A stretch of 64,000 nt of DNA from Lingula anatina. Its lineage: Eukaryota; Animalia; Brachiopoda. Below are positions 13,001 to 26,500 of this stretch, one piece after another; position 1 is the stretch's first letter; the number at the start of each line of letters is the position of its first letter. The translations under genes were made by a program, and so were the position numbers. The stretch lies in NCBI GenBank assembly GCA_051362555.1, contig CM120640.1, forward strand, positions 27,056,503 through 27,120,502, written 5' to 3'. Under the pieces are notes generated by a model. It worked only from the letters and a program-made list of their open reading frames with translations. It was not told where the DNA came from and did no database searches.

Positions 13001-16000
13001 TTGATATTATTAGTATTGGGTATTTTTTCATGCTCCAGCATGTGCTTAATATTGAAAGCAGGACTGTTCAGTGTCATCCGTGAATTTCATGGTATATATT
13101 TTCACATTATGTCATGCAGACAAACTTGGATTTCTTTTCAACCATATCACAGTGGCAAGAAATCCCCACTCAGTGTCACATTATTTTTATGGTTGCTGTC
13201 TCTTGTTTCCAGTTTACTGATGTGAGTAGTAGAACAGACAGTAAGCACTGGCTGGAGGAACCAGAGGGTCACTGGGGAGTCCACACTGTCATCACTGGGT
13301 AGGACATGCATGTTGCAGATACTGTCTTTAAACCGTCAGGCCTCTGAGACTAGTACTGCCTTTTATAAATAGTATAGAAAAAAAGAGAAAGAAACTGTTT
13401 GGCAATACATAATTAATGAGCTTGCCTTATATCTCACTATTGATAGATTTCTGGTCACACACACAAGACATTCAGCTATTTAACTCATCATTTCTTTGAA
13501 TTTATAACTTGAATGCTACCATAGACAGACGGTATTTCAACCATGTTTATGTTTCTATCACCGATATGCATCTGATGTTAACTATGTGTGTAAATGTGAA
13601 AGTGCATACCCTTTTTATAAAATGTAAATGTTCTTTTGAAAGAACCGCCCATTTTGTCAGGAAAAGGTCCATTCTGGGTAAAATTTGATCTAGGTACACA
13701 AAGGTTTCCTTGTTAAAAGTCCCCTTTTTCTGAAAAGAACCTCCCTTTTGAAATTGCTGGCTATGGGCCTCAAAACAGTTTGTCAAATTAAAGTTTCTAT
13801 ATCACTATCCTTGCAGTGTCTGTGCTATATGTGAGCTTCCACTGAAAGAGCAGGTATCTATTGCTGAACCAGGACTCCTCGTCTTTGACTGTGGTGAGTA
13901 TATCTATGGTGGAATATTTGATTTAATCTGACTGGAATATTTTAAACACAATTTATCAGAATAATTTTTATAAGTTATTGAGGATATCTCATGGATGAGA
14001 TAAAAGCATTGTGCTATACTTCAGTTTGATGTATGTTTTTTTATGTACAGACACAGATGTGTCTGTACATATTGCCATCACCTGCGTCTGTCGTCGCCGG
14101 CGTCGCCGTCGGCGCCGTGCACTTTCCTTGTAAACACGATAAGTGGAGGGCAGTTTTACTTTTTGGCTTTATATTTACAGAGCTGATGAATATTCATAAA
14201 ACGCAGGTCAAGTTCGAAAATCAGCATAATCGGGCCATTATTGTAGAAGTTATGCTGTTTTTTCACTTTTCAGCATATATGCAACCCTGTAAACACATTT
14301 TAAGGAAAACCGTTAGGCCTGTTGTCATGAAACTCACAGGAGTAATCAATCTTACTAAAACGCAGGTCAAGTTTGAAAATCAGCATGATCGGACCACTAT
14401 TTTAGTAGTTATGCTGTTTTTTCATTTTTCAGCATATATGCAACACTGTAAACACAATATAAGAAAAATAGATTGGCCAATTGTCATTTAACTCACAGGA
14501 ATGGTCAATCTTACTAAAACGCAGGTTGAGTTCGAAAATCAGCATAATCGGGGCATTATTTTAGAAGTTATGCTGTTTTTTCACATTTCCTAAGATTCAA
14601 TTCTTAGGCATGTTAACAGTCTTATTATTTTACTAATAAGATACATAAAAGTGTTTGTTTGACATTTCCTGCATCTTTACAACATTGTTAGTTGATTATG
14701 TAAAAATGATGGTAAACTTGTTATCGTGTATTGTGTAATAAAGTGTCAAAAATGGAAATAAACTCATATCATTGCAGTTTGTCAGATTCAATCATTCACT
14801 ATGTTCAGAATCTCAGAATGGAGGAAATTGGACATTTAACACTGTTGTATTGATATTTTTCCCATCTCATCAATTTTCTTAGTTGATCGTATAAAAATGG
14901 CAGTAACCTGTTAATATTGTTTTATGTTAAAAAATTGTTAAAAATGGGGAAAAAATTTTCAGAACACTGCTGTCTTGTTTACATTTTGGCATTTTCAAGT
15001 TGTGACTTTGAAGTTCCATAGGCCTGAGGACCTTTGCTAGTCACATTTTCTGAATATCCATGATACTAATATTTTATTATTGTACCACCAGCGTTAGCGC
15101 TGGCGGTACACATGGTTTTAGTCCCGTCCGGTCCGTTCCGCCGGCTCCGCCGGCTCCTGCGGCTCCGCCGCCATGTTACCGTTACCGCTTCTCCTCCTAG
15201 ACGGTAAGGGCCCCCATACCCATCTCTTGGATTTAGGTCACCTATAATCTCAACTCGTTCCACGTAAAATTTGGGCTTTGTCGGTATTGGAGTCTAGGTG
15301 TGGCATTCATTGCAATGCACCCTTGTCCAAAAATGGCAAAATTAAATGCTAATTATCTACCCTAGGGAAGGAATTATGGGAAAAATTTCTACAGACGGCT
15401 TTCCAAAAGTCATATGTGTAGATTTCAAATATGCCCTTGGATTTGACCTTTGACCTTTATTTCAAGGTCAAACAGACCAAATTTTTCAAAAAAATGAATT
15501 TTTTTACGAAAAAAAAATTATTTGCGCTGTTATTCAGACACCACACAGACTTAACCAATAATATTATTGGAAAATGATACCCTTCAGGTCATCTTTCATC
15601 TCCGTGAATTTGGGGTCAATCGGTGCATTTTAACGGGAGTAGCGGCCATAAGATACCGAAACTGAAAACTGTCTCTAATTCGGGGACCGTTAATGCTAGA
15701 GACCCATTCTTTTTTGCATTTTGTAGAGCATGTAAAGCCCAACACTGGAGGTGGTCTCCGTTTTTTTGTATTCCATACGGTTTTCGAGCTACGCTGTGTC
15801 AAAAAGTACATATTGGTGGTGAAAGCAAAATGTGCAGTACGGTAATGGATAATAAATTTTGAACTCTGGAAAAATAAAACATAAGGCTTGGCAAAGCAGA
15901 CAACTTGTGGTCAAAAATGACATTATTTCATCAAATTTGAACTTCTGGAACTTCATAGCACCTCCCATTTCAAGAATTTTGACCAAAATGACCTTTTCTT

Positions 16001-19000
16001 TATTTTAATTAATTTTTTCTGTAGGAAATTTATCGCACATTAAGGTAACTCCAAAATTATAACATTTAGTCCCTTATATCTCCAAAACTGGCAGAGATAG
16101 GTCCATAGTTACTATTGAAGTTGAATAGGAAGTCATATACTGGCAATCTAAATGTGACCTTGAAATTGACCTTTGACCTACTTTTCACCATGAATTGAAC
16201 TTTGCAAATTTTGCTTCCCTTTTATCTCCAAAACTGGCAGAGATAGGTCCATAGTTTCTATTGAACTTGAATAGGAAGTCATATACTGGCAATCTAAATG
16301 TGACCTTGAAATTGACCTTTGACCTACTTTTCACCATGAACTGAACTTTGCAAATTTTGGTTCCCTTTTATCTCCAAAACTGGCAGAGATAGGTCCATAG
16401 TTACTATTGAAGTTGAATAGGAAGTCATATACTGGCAATCTAAATGTGACCTTGAAATTGACCTTTGACCTACTTTTCACTATGAACTGAACTCTGCTAA
16501 TTTCTTTCTCTTTTAACTCCAAACCTGGCAGAGATAGGTCCATAGTTACTATTGAAGTTGAATAGGAAGTCATATACTGGCAATCTAAATGTGACCTTGA
16601 AATTGACCTTTGACCTACTTTTCACCATGAATTAAACTTTGCAAATTTTGCTTCCCTTTTATCTCCAAAACTGGCAGAGATAGGTCCATAGCTTCTATTG
16701 AACTTGAATAGGAAGTCATATACTGGCAATCTAAATTGACCTTGAAATTGACCTTTGACCTACTTTTCACCATGAACTGAACTTTGCAAATTTTGCTTCC
16801 CTTTTATCTCCAAAACTGGCAGAGATAGGTCCATAGTTACTATTGAAGTTGAATAGGAAGTCATATACTGGCAATCTAAATGTGACCTTGAAATTGACCT
16901 TTGACCTACTTTTCACCATGAACTGAACTTTGCAAATTTTGCTTCCCTTTTATCTCCAAAACTGCCAGAGATAGGTCCATAGTTACTATTGAAGTTGAAT
17001 AGGAAGTCATATACTGGCAATCTAAATGTGACCTTGAAATTGACCTTTGACCTACTTTTCACTATGAACTGAACTCTGCTAATTTCTTTCTCTTTTAACT
17101 CCAAACCTGGCAGAGATAGGTCCATAGTTACTATTGAAGTTGAATAGGAAGTCATATACTGGCAATCTAAATGTGACCTTGAAATTGACCTTTGACCTAC
17201 TTTTCACCATGAACTGAACTTTGCAAATTTTGCTTCCCTTTTATCTCCAAAACTGCCAGAGATAGGTCCATAGTTACTATTGAAGTTGAATAGGAAGTCA
17301 TATACTGGCAATCTAAATGTGACCTTGAAATTGACCTTTGACCTACTTTTCACTATGAACTGAACTCTGCTAATTTCTTTCTCTTTTAACTCCAAACCTG
17401 GCAGAGATAGGTCCATAGTTACTATTGAAGTTGAATAGGAAGTCATATACTGGCAATCTAAATGTGACCTTGAAATTGACCTTTGACCTACTTTTCACCA
17501 TGAATTAAACTTTGCAAATTTTGCTTCCCTTTTATCTCCAAAACTGGCAGAGATAGGTCTATAGCTTCTATTGAACTTGAATATGAAGTCATATACTGGC
17601 AATCTAAATGTGACCTTGAAATTGACCTTTGACCTACTTTCACCATGAACTGAACTTTGCAAATTTTGCTTCCCTTTTATCTCCAAAACTGGCAGAGATA
17701 GGTCCATAGTTACTATTGAAGTTGAATAGGAAGTCATATACTGGCAATCTAAATGTGACCTTGAAATTGACCTTTGACCTACTTTTCACCATGAACTGAA
17801 CTCTGCTAATTTCTTTCTCTTTTAACTCCAAACCTGGCAGAGATAGGTCCATAGTTACTATTGAAGTTGAATAGGAAGTCATATACTGGCAATCTAAATT
17901 CGACCTTGAAATTGACCTTTGACCTACTTTTTATCATGAATTGAACTTTGCAAATTTTGGTTCCCTTTTATCTCCAAAACTGGCAGAGATAGGTCCATAG
18001 TTACTATTGAACTTGAATAGGAAGTCATATACTGGCAATCTTACTGTGACCTTGAAATTGACCTTTGACCTACTTTTTATCATGAATTGAACTTTGCAAA
18101 TTTTGGTTCCCTTTTATCTCCAAAACTGGCAGAGATAGGTCCATAATTACTATTGAACTTGAATAGGAAGTCATATACTGGCAATCTTACTGTGACCTTG
18201 AAATTGACCTTTGACCTACTTTTCACCATGAACTGAACTTTGCAAATTTTGCTTCCCTTTTATCTCCAAAACTGGCAGAGATAGGTCCATAGTTACTATT
18301 GAAGTTGAATAGGAAGTCATATACTGGCAATCTAAATTCGACCTTGAAATTGACCTTTGACCTACTTTTTATCATGAATTGAACTTTGCAAATTTTGGTT
18401 CCCTTTTATCTCCAAAACTGGCAGAGATAGGTCCATAATTACTATTGAACTTGAATAGGAAGTCATATACTGGCAATCTTACTGTGACCTTGAAATTGAC
18501 CTTTGACCTACTTTTCACCATGAACTGAACTTTGCAAATTTTGCTTCCCTTTTATCTCCAAAACTGGCAGAGATAGGTCCATAGTTTTTATTGAACTTGA
18601 ATAGGAAGTCATATACTGGCACATATTGGTGGTGAAAGCAAAATGTGCAGTACGGTAATGGATAATAAATTTTGAACTCTGGAAAAATAAAACATAAGGC
18701 TTGGCAAAGCAGACAACTTGTGGTCAAAAATGACATTATTTCATCAAATTTGAACTTCTGGAACTTCATAGCACCTCCCATTTCAAGAATTTTGACCAAA
18801 ATGACCTTTTCTTTATTTTAATTAATTTTTTCTGTAGGAAATTTATCGCACATTAAGGTAACTCCAAAATTATAACATTTAGTCCCTTATATCTCCAAAA
18901 CTGGCAGAGATAGGTCCATAGTTACTATTGAAGTTGAATAGGAAGTCATATACTGGCAATCTAAATGTGACCTTGAAATTGACCTTTGACCTACTTTTCA

Positions 19001-22000
19001 CCATGAATTGAACTTTGCAAATTTTGCTTCCCTTTTATCTCCAAAACTGGCAGAGATAGGTCCATAGTTTCTATTGAACTTGAATAGGAAGTCATATACT
19101 GGCAATCTAAATGTGACCTTGAAATTGACCTTTGACCTACTTTTCACCATGAACTGAACTTTGCAAATTTTGGTTCCCTTTTATCTCCAAAACTGGCAGA
19201 GATAGGTCCATAGTTACTATTGAAGTTGAATAGGAAGTCATATACTGGCAATCTAAATGTGACCTTGAAATTGACCTTTGACCTACTTTTCACTATGAAC
19301 TGAACTCTGCTAATTTCTTTCTCTTTTAACTCCAAACCTGGCAGAGATAGGTCCATAGTTACTATTGAAGTTGAATAGGAAGTCATATACTGGCAATCTA
19401 AATGTGACCTTGAAATTGACCTTTGACCTACTTTTCACCATGAATTAAACTTTGCAAATTTTGCTTCCCTTTTATCTCCAAAACTGGCAGAGATAGGTCC
19501 ATAGCTTCTATTGAACTTGAATAGGAAGTCATATACTGGCAATCTAAATTGACCTTGAAATTGACCTTTGACCTACTTTTCACCATGAACTGAACTTTGC
19601 AAATTTTGCTTCCCTTTTATCTCCAAAACTGGCAGAGATAGGTCCATAGTTACTATTGAAGTTGAATAGGAAGTCATATACTGGCAATCTAAATGTGACC
19701 TTGAAATTGACCTTTGACCTACTTTTCACCATGAACTGAACTTTGCAAATTTTGCTTCCCTTTTATCTCCAAAACTGCCAGAGATAGGTCCATAGTTACT
19801 ATTGAAGTTGAATAGGAAGTCATATACTGGCAATCTAAATGTGACCTTGAAATTGACCTTTGACCTACTTTTCACTATGAACTGAACTCTGCTAATTTCT
19901 TTCTCTTTTAACTCCAAACCTGGCAGAGATAGGTCCATAGTTACTATTGAAGTTGAATAGGAAGTCATATACTGGCAATCTAAATGTGACCTTGAAATTG
20001 ACCTTTGACCTACTTTTCACCATGAATTAAACTTTGCAAATTTTGCTTCCCTTTTATCTCCAAAACTGGCAGAGATAGGTCTATAGCTTCTATTGAACTT
20101 GAATATGAAGTCATATACTGGCAATCTAAATGTGACCTTGAAATTGACCTTTGACCTACTTTCACCATGAACTGAACTTTGCAAATTTTGCTTCCCTTTT
20201 ATCTCCAAAACTGGCAGAGATAGGTCCATAGTTACTATTGAAGTTGAATAGGAAGTCATATACTGGCAATCTAAATGTGACCTTGAAATTGACCTTTGAC
20301 CTACTTTTCACCATGAACTGAACTCTGCTAATTTCTTTCTCTTTTAACTCCAAACCTGGCAGAGATAGGTCCATAGTTACTATTGAAGTTGAATAGGAAG
20401 TCATATACTGGCAATCTAAATTCGACCTTGAAATTGACCTTTGACCTATTTTTTATCATGAATTGAACTTTGCAAATTTTGGTTCCCTTTTATCTCCAAA
20501 ACTGGCAGAGATAGGTCCATAGTTACTATTGAACTTGAATAGGAAGTCATATACTGGCAATCTTACTGTGACCTTGAAATTGACCTTTGACCTACTTTTT
20601 ATCATGAATTGAACTTTGCAAATTTTGGTTCCCTTTTATCTCCAAAACTGGCAGAGATAGGTCCATAATTACTATTGAACTTGAATAGGAAGTCATATAC
20701 TGGCAATCTTACTGTGACCTTGAAATTGACCTTTGACCTACTTTTCACCATGAACTGAACTTTGCAAATTTTGCTTCCCTTTTATCTCCAAAACTGGCAG
20801 AGATAGGTCCATAGTTACTATTGAAGTTGAATAGGAAGTCATATACTGGCAATCTAAATTCGACCTTGAAATTGACCTTTGACCTACTTTTTATCATGAA
20901 TTGAACTTTGCAAATTTTGGTTCCCTTTTATCTCCAAAACTGGCAGAGATAGGTCCATAATTACTATTGAACTTGAATAGGAAGTCATATACTGGCAATC
21001 TTACTGTGACCTTGAAATTGACCTTTGACCTACTTTTCACCATGAACTGAACTTTGCAAATTTTGCTTCCCTTTTATCTCCAAAACTGGCAGAGATAGGT
21101 CCATAGTTTTTATTGAACTTGAATAGGAAGTCATATACTGGCACATATTGGTGGTGAAAGCAAAATGTGCAGTACGGTAATGGATAATAAATTTTGAACT
21201 CCGGAAAAATAAAACATAAGGCTTGGCAAAGCAGACAAGTTGTGGTCAAAAATGACATTATTTCATCAAATTTGAACATCTGGAACTTCGGAGCACCTCC
21301 CATTTCAAGAATTTTGACCAAAATGACCTTTTCTTTATTTTAATTAATTTTTTCTGTAGGAAATTTATGGCACATTATGGTAACTCCAAAATTAAAACAT
21401 ATAGTCCCTTATATCTCCAAAACTGGCAGAGATAGGTCCATAGTTACTATTGAAGTTGAATAGGAAGTCATATACTGGCAATCTAAATGTGACCTTGAAA
21501 TTGACCTTTGACCTACTTTTCACCATGAACTGAACTTTGCATATTTTTTTCCCTTTTATCTACAAAACTGGCAGAGATAGGTCCATAGTTACTATTGAAC
21601 TTGAATAGGAAGTCAAGAGATAGGTCCATAGTTTCTATTGAACTTGCATGGAAAGTCATATACTGGCAATCTAAGTGTGACCTTGAAATTGACCTTTGAC
21701 CTACTTTTTATCATGAATTGAATTTTGCAAATTTTGGTTCCCTTTTATCTCCAAAACTGGCAGAGATAGGTCCATAGTTTCTATTGAACTTGCATGGAAA
21801 GTCATATACTGGCAATCTAAGTGTGACCTTGAAATTGACCTTTGACCTACTTTTCACTATGAACTGAACTTTGCAAATTTCTTTCTCTTTTAACTCCAAA
21901 CCTGGCAGAGATAGGTCCATAGTTACCATTAAAGTTGAATATGAAGCCATATACTGGCAATTTACTGTGACCTTGAAATTGACCTTTGACCTACCTTACG

Positions 22001-23562
22001 ATGAACTTAACTTTGATTGTACCATTTTAAGTTATATATATTTTTTGCATATTTTGAAAATTCTTGTTGATTGCATTTTTACAGCTTGTCAAGCATAAGA
22101 CTGGTGGCTGTGTCCCTTCTTTTGTGTATGTGGGGGTCTATACGAATGCACTTGCTCCAGCTGGTGGTACAATATTCGGAGGCGGTATCGCCTCTCTGAT
22201 CCTCTAGTTAAAAATTGATGGTCATTATGCTGTTAAACATTATGTAATATTGCATCAAAATTTGAAAAAAAAAAAACAAACTATTTTGGGCACTGCTCCC
22301 ATGATGACCATTTAAGAAAAACCATGTCACTTACTGTTCTCAAACTTACAGGAAAGAAACATGGGACTAGAATACAGCTTCAGTAGGCAATGCAGTCTGT
22401 TTGGTAATTCTTACTGCCAGTTTAAACAGTTTTTTTTTTTTTTTTTTTTTTTTTGTGAAAATTTAATTTTTCACATATTGGCATTTTCAAGGTGTGACTT
22501 TGAAGTTCCACAGGCTTGAAGACCCATGCTAGTCACATTTTCTGAAAATCCATGATACGTATATTTTATAATTAAAAATTGACGGTCATTATGCTGTTAA
22601 CCATTATGTAATATGGCATCAGAATAGAAGAAAACTCAATTTTGGGTGCTGCTGCCATGATGACCATTATGGGAAAACCATGTTACTTATGATTGCCAAA
22701 TTTTCAAAAAAGAAATACGGGACTAAAATGCAGCCTGAGTTGGAAAAACAGTCTAATTGGCTTCTTTTTCTGGAAGTTATACATTTTCAAAGTGTGAACT
22801 TGTTACACATTTTACTTATATTGGTATTACCTGTTGAGCATAATTAAAATTTGATGTTGAATTTGCAGTTTAACATAATGTACTTTTGCATCACAATTGA
22901 CAGTAGCCTATTTTGAGCATAGTTATTTCCTGTTTTTTGTCTGTACATTTGACAGCTTTGCTGCCTTGTTGTGTTTTGATGTTATCACTGAAAAGCAGAT
23001 CGCTTGCCGACTTTGACTGATGTCAGTTTTTTTATGTGTCACTTATAATTTATACTGTGTGTACATCTGGAAGTCCACCACTGACTTACGGTGCATTCCC
23101 AGAGATTTAGATCGATCCAGAGAATTAGATTTAGGTCGACCTAACTCCCTGGGGGTTCGCGCTAAATTGCAGTCAGCTGAGGGCGCACCATAGTTAATTA
23201 CCCCCTTACAGCTTTTAGTAGGTGGGACAGACGCTTAAGCCGGCTAAGCTGACAGTAATCTAGTGAGACTCCCCACAGGGATAGATCGATCTTAAATCTA
23301 TGGGAATGGGGTCTTAGCTGGATCTGTTTCATAATGCACAGATTATGCACAAAGAATGACAAAGCATTCTACTTTTGTGATGCATTACAGCATTTGTCTT
23401 TGTAAAAGCAGTGTCATTTGCCCTGTTTTAATTTATGGAAGCATATGCAGCATAATACTGTTTTTTTTTGCAGGTCATAGTTTCCACAAGAAATGTTTAC
23501 CAGAGCAAGCATGCATGGTTTGTTTGGAAGATAATTTGATGTTACAAGAATCCATGAAGTGA
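1003..23562 (+). CDS. HPS5: Hermansky-Pudlak syndrome 5 / BLOC-2 subunit homolog, ~27 coding exons, roughly 1800 aa
   Basis: GT-AG exons traced by eye (1003-1149, 1428-1541, 1736-1797, 1977-2160, 3139-3269, 3464-3496, 3643-3733, 3922-4004, 4207-4290, 4463-4554, 4757-5656, 5843-5926, 6058-6307, 6452-6578, 6771-6910, ~7066-8646, further exons to 11712-11787, 12044-12124, 13213-13298, 13817-13893, 23474-23562). They give HPS5-typical peptides: [71 protein letters not shown]. An acceptor at 978 suggests an upstream non-coding exon. Confidence 0.93.
9882..10097. mobile_element. MITE, PIF/Harbinger-like (TTA target duplication), in HPS5 intron
   Basis: ~35-bp imperfect TIRs (agccccctttacactggacggcgtcc... 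/ ...ggacgccgtccattgtaaagggggta) flanked by TTA at 9879-9881 and 10098-10100; no ORF. Confidence 0.8.
11367..11416. repeat. ~50-bp imperfect palindrome (possible MITE remnant)
   Basis: accctaaagaaaaagtcttatagg-at-cctataggacttttttgtaagggt folds back on itself. Confidence 0.65.
15077..22209 (+). mobile_element. Inner HINE-like element with central 146-bp tandem array
   Basis: Perfect 15-bp subterminal inverted repeats tattgtaccaccagc (15078-15092) and gctggtggtacaata (22160-22174); 5' hairpin 15081-15110; ccggctccg microsatellite; 3' hairpin gaggcg-gtat-cgcctc (22179-22194) ending ctagtt; no target-site duplication. Confidence 0.85.
16077..21992. repeat. 146-bp satellite-like tandem array, ~37 monomers in three blocks
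   Basis: Monomer tatctccaaaactggcagagataggtccatagttactattgaagttgaataggaagtcatatactggcaatctaaatgtgaccttgaaattgacctttgacctacttttcaccatgaa...; blocks ~16077-18620, ~18890-21142 and ~21412-21992, each preceded by a copy of a ~270-bp spacer (15808, 18621, 21143). Confidence 0.97.
23089..23313. mobile_element. MITE, PIF/Harbinger-like (TTA target duplication)
   Basis: Imperfect TIRs cattcccagagatttagatcgatc / gatcgatcttaaatctatgggaatg, each 5 nt inside the ends; TTA at 23086-23088 and 23314-23316. Confidence 0.72.
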
Positions 23563-26500
23563 ACAGTATTTCTTAAAGTGATCTACCAGCCTTAAATTGA
23601 AAGCATTTGACTCCTAGGGGAAAGGATTTGTGATTAAGAGGTTAAAAATATTTCTGTGCCTTACTTTTGCTACAGGCATTTGCTAAAAGAACAAGATTTA
23701 TTCATCAGTAGATACACATCGTGGGTTGTAAACCCCAAAGACAATCAATACAGAACTAAGAGAGGCCAAAAAGAATAAATGAAGAATTGGATAAAGGAAA
23801 ATGTCACTTTTTTCCTCAAGCACATCTCATGATCAAGAGATAGTGAAATCAGTACTTAATAATCACTGAGAAGGGATTATTTGCATAATTGCTAATGTTT
23901 CAATATTCAAAATTTGTAGATAGTGTTATGTCAGTAGAAAAGCACCTGAATGAAAACGAAAAAAGAAAATAAGGGAATCCATAATAAAGTGCATAAAATG
24001 TTCAAGTGATGCAAGTGATGTTAAAGGAGACTGCTCATAATATTCAGTTTCTATAAAAATGATTGTGTAACTTCTAATATTGAGAGTAGGAAACCTTGCT
24101 GTAGCTTATTTATTTTTAATTCAGAATTTCTGCAGAGGTTCCTGCCAGTAGTATTAAATTCATTACAGCATGGAAAGATATTGAATAGATATGGTTAAAG
24201 ACATTTTACCTCCTTAACACTAAATGGATTTAGTTAAGGGTTCCAGGTTTAAGATGGAAGACTTATTTGTCATACTTGAAGTTAGAAAAAGAGTATTTGA
24301 AAGAGATTTATAGTTAAAAGTAAGTTATTTATTCACAAATTTTCAAATTTTGCCTATCCAGTATCCATGACTTTGAATTACGTATACTACATACTTTGTT
24401 TATAGGCATTCAATATGCTTTTTTGATCTTTTGAATATTTTTATTTTCAAATCTTACTTAAAACACTTGTGGGAAAGAAAAATAATCAGTTTTGAGAAGG
24501 TAATCTGAAATTACCTAATACCTAACACTATATTTTGTCACCTAGAAAACAGTTTTGGATTGTATAGTTTAAGATTTAATCATATTGATTGATTTAAGTG
24601 GTACATTATTTTCATATTTAAATCGTGTAAAATGCATAATTGAAGGTAAAGAGTTGTGAATTTATACTCCATGTGTCAAGCTGCTGCATGTAGAAGTGAT
24701 TAAACAAAACAATTGCCAGGTGCTTGCTTATAGCATAAAAATGTAGCAGATGTTACACTTATGAATCATCCTTTTTTTGCAAGAATTGGCTGAATGCAAA
24801 GAACAAACTGTGATAAATTGTAATTTTTTTAATGTTTATTGAAGGAAAGTAATTTTCTACAGGTAATCCCTTGAATATATATTTGAGAAAATAAACAAAG
24901 AAACAATGTCTTGAACTGAGTATTTTATTTTTATTTCTATATAAAAATAATGATGAATGAATAGATACAAGTGGAAATGACTAATGTCTAGTGATAAATT
25001 ATATGAAATGTTGCACTATACATAATAAATTACTATAATTACATGTTCCAGACTAGAAAAGAGATTCTCAATTTCAACTGCCAGGAACTATTACATTTGG
25101 TAATCACTAATGAATATGAACATAGATTAACCAAACCAGTGAGCAGAAAAAGGTTGGTCAATTGATAATTCTGCTGCATTACATATGTTGTCCTTTCTAA
25201 GAGGTAAAATTAATGTGAATAATTGAATTGCCCGAATAACAAAGCCTGCTGTAAATGTAAAAGCAGACATCTGTACCAGACTGTTTAATTACTATAAGAT
25301 CTATGTCATTCTATTTTAAGACCTATTATACTGTATCATTATATGGCAATGTTCTGCCACCAGACAGGAAATCTTATAGGGGTGCGATGCACCTAACAAC
25401 CAAGTGGAAGCAACAGCTGTATTATATGGTACTTTTATATCCACATTGAAGTCTAAAAATTTCAGAAAAAGCTACTTATTTCAAGTGTCAAAAGATGTAA
25501 TACTTGTGATGCTGCCAAGAGTTAAAATGCACTGGTTTTAAAATACATTTTTCTTCAACTTATTTATGGTGATAGCTACTATTAATGTCTATGAAACCTG
25601 TTTTTGTATAACAAACCACCAATGAACATTGTTAACATTTTAACCAACCAAAAAACAAAATGTGCAATTTATGATCTACTCTTATGCTATCTGGGGTGTT
25701 AAAATAATAATTTCTTCATCTGATTAAGCTCAACCACCCAGTACAGTGTATTTCCACAGCAGTTGCACCTGCTTCTCTTGTTTAACAAGAACATAAACAC
25801 ACAAGGAAATGTTTGTACTACACCGTTTAATGAAGTTCACATCTGGTGATGGAATGTTACAAGGGGAGGTTTCTTGTAATGTCTTCTATTATATATGAAC
25901 TAGCTCACTGCAGGGAGGACGCTGCCGACTAAATCAATGCACATTTTATGTCTGTTGACGCAACATTTAGCACCAAGTCCCCCCATCTTGTCAAAAATTG
26001 TGTTATATATGAAATATCATACATGTGTTTTTTGTTGGAAGTGGAAATGTTTGGAAGGATGAAATACTGACAAACAGTTAGCAGATCAAGAATGTACCCT
26101 TTAAAATTTTGTGTGTGGGCATAAATGCATTAGAAAGCATCAATGCTACCCCAACTACCGGTATTCAGTGCTTAGCAAAATGAAAAATAAAAAAAAAATT
26201 TTTGCTGGATCTGAATCCAATTTAAGCAATGTGAACAATTACAAAACCATCAAAATTTAGAACTCTCTTTCTGGTTGTGTTCAGTCTGTATGTAACCTGA
26301 TTTATGACATACTAGTTTCAAGTATTTTGTGTAATACAAGCCTGTAACCATGATGATCAACAGCAGTGCTATGTTCACTCCTCAGGCATTTCAATAGAAA
26401 GTTTACATTTGTGTGCATTGGCAAACTTGACTACAATAAAAAGCTGAGACTGAACCTGTTCTATTCAATATGAAAAACATGCTAATGTCATATCCGCACA

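Larger units (their letters stand above)
14041..22970 (+). mobile_element. Outer non-autonomous Helentron-associated (HINE/DINE-1-like) element, interrupted by a second element
   Basis: T-rich insertion site; 5' hairpin atgtacagacac-agat-gtgtctgtacat; (cgtcgc)-type microsatellite at ~14085-14117; 159-bp tandem repeats (units marked at 14202, 14361, 14520); 3' subterminal inverted repeat tgtctgtacat at 22938-22948 followed by a short hairpin gacagc-ttt-gctgcc and ttgtt. Confidence 0.75.

Noticed and set aside
14033-14491. 152-aa ORF with an internal repeat
   Set aside because: It reads through 159-bp (53-codon) tandem repeats of the outer HINE-like element; no protein motif.
16331-21950. Repeated 79-94 aa ORFs ([13 protein letters not shown]...)
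   Set aside because: By-products of the 146-bp array; the monomer length is not a multiple of 3 and there is no recognisable domain.
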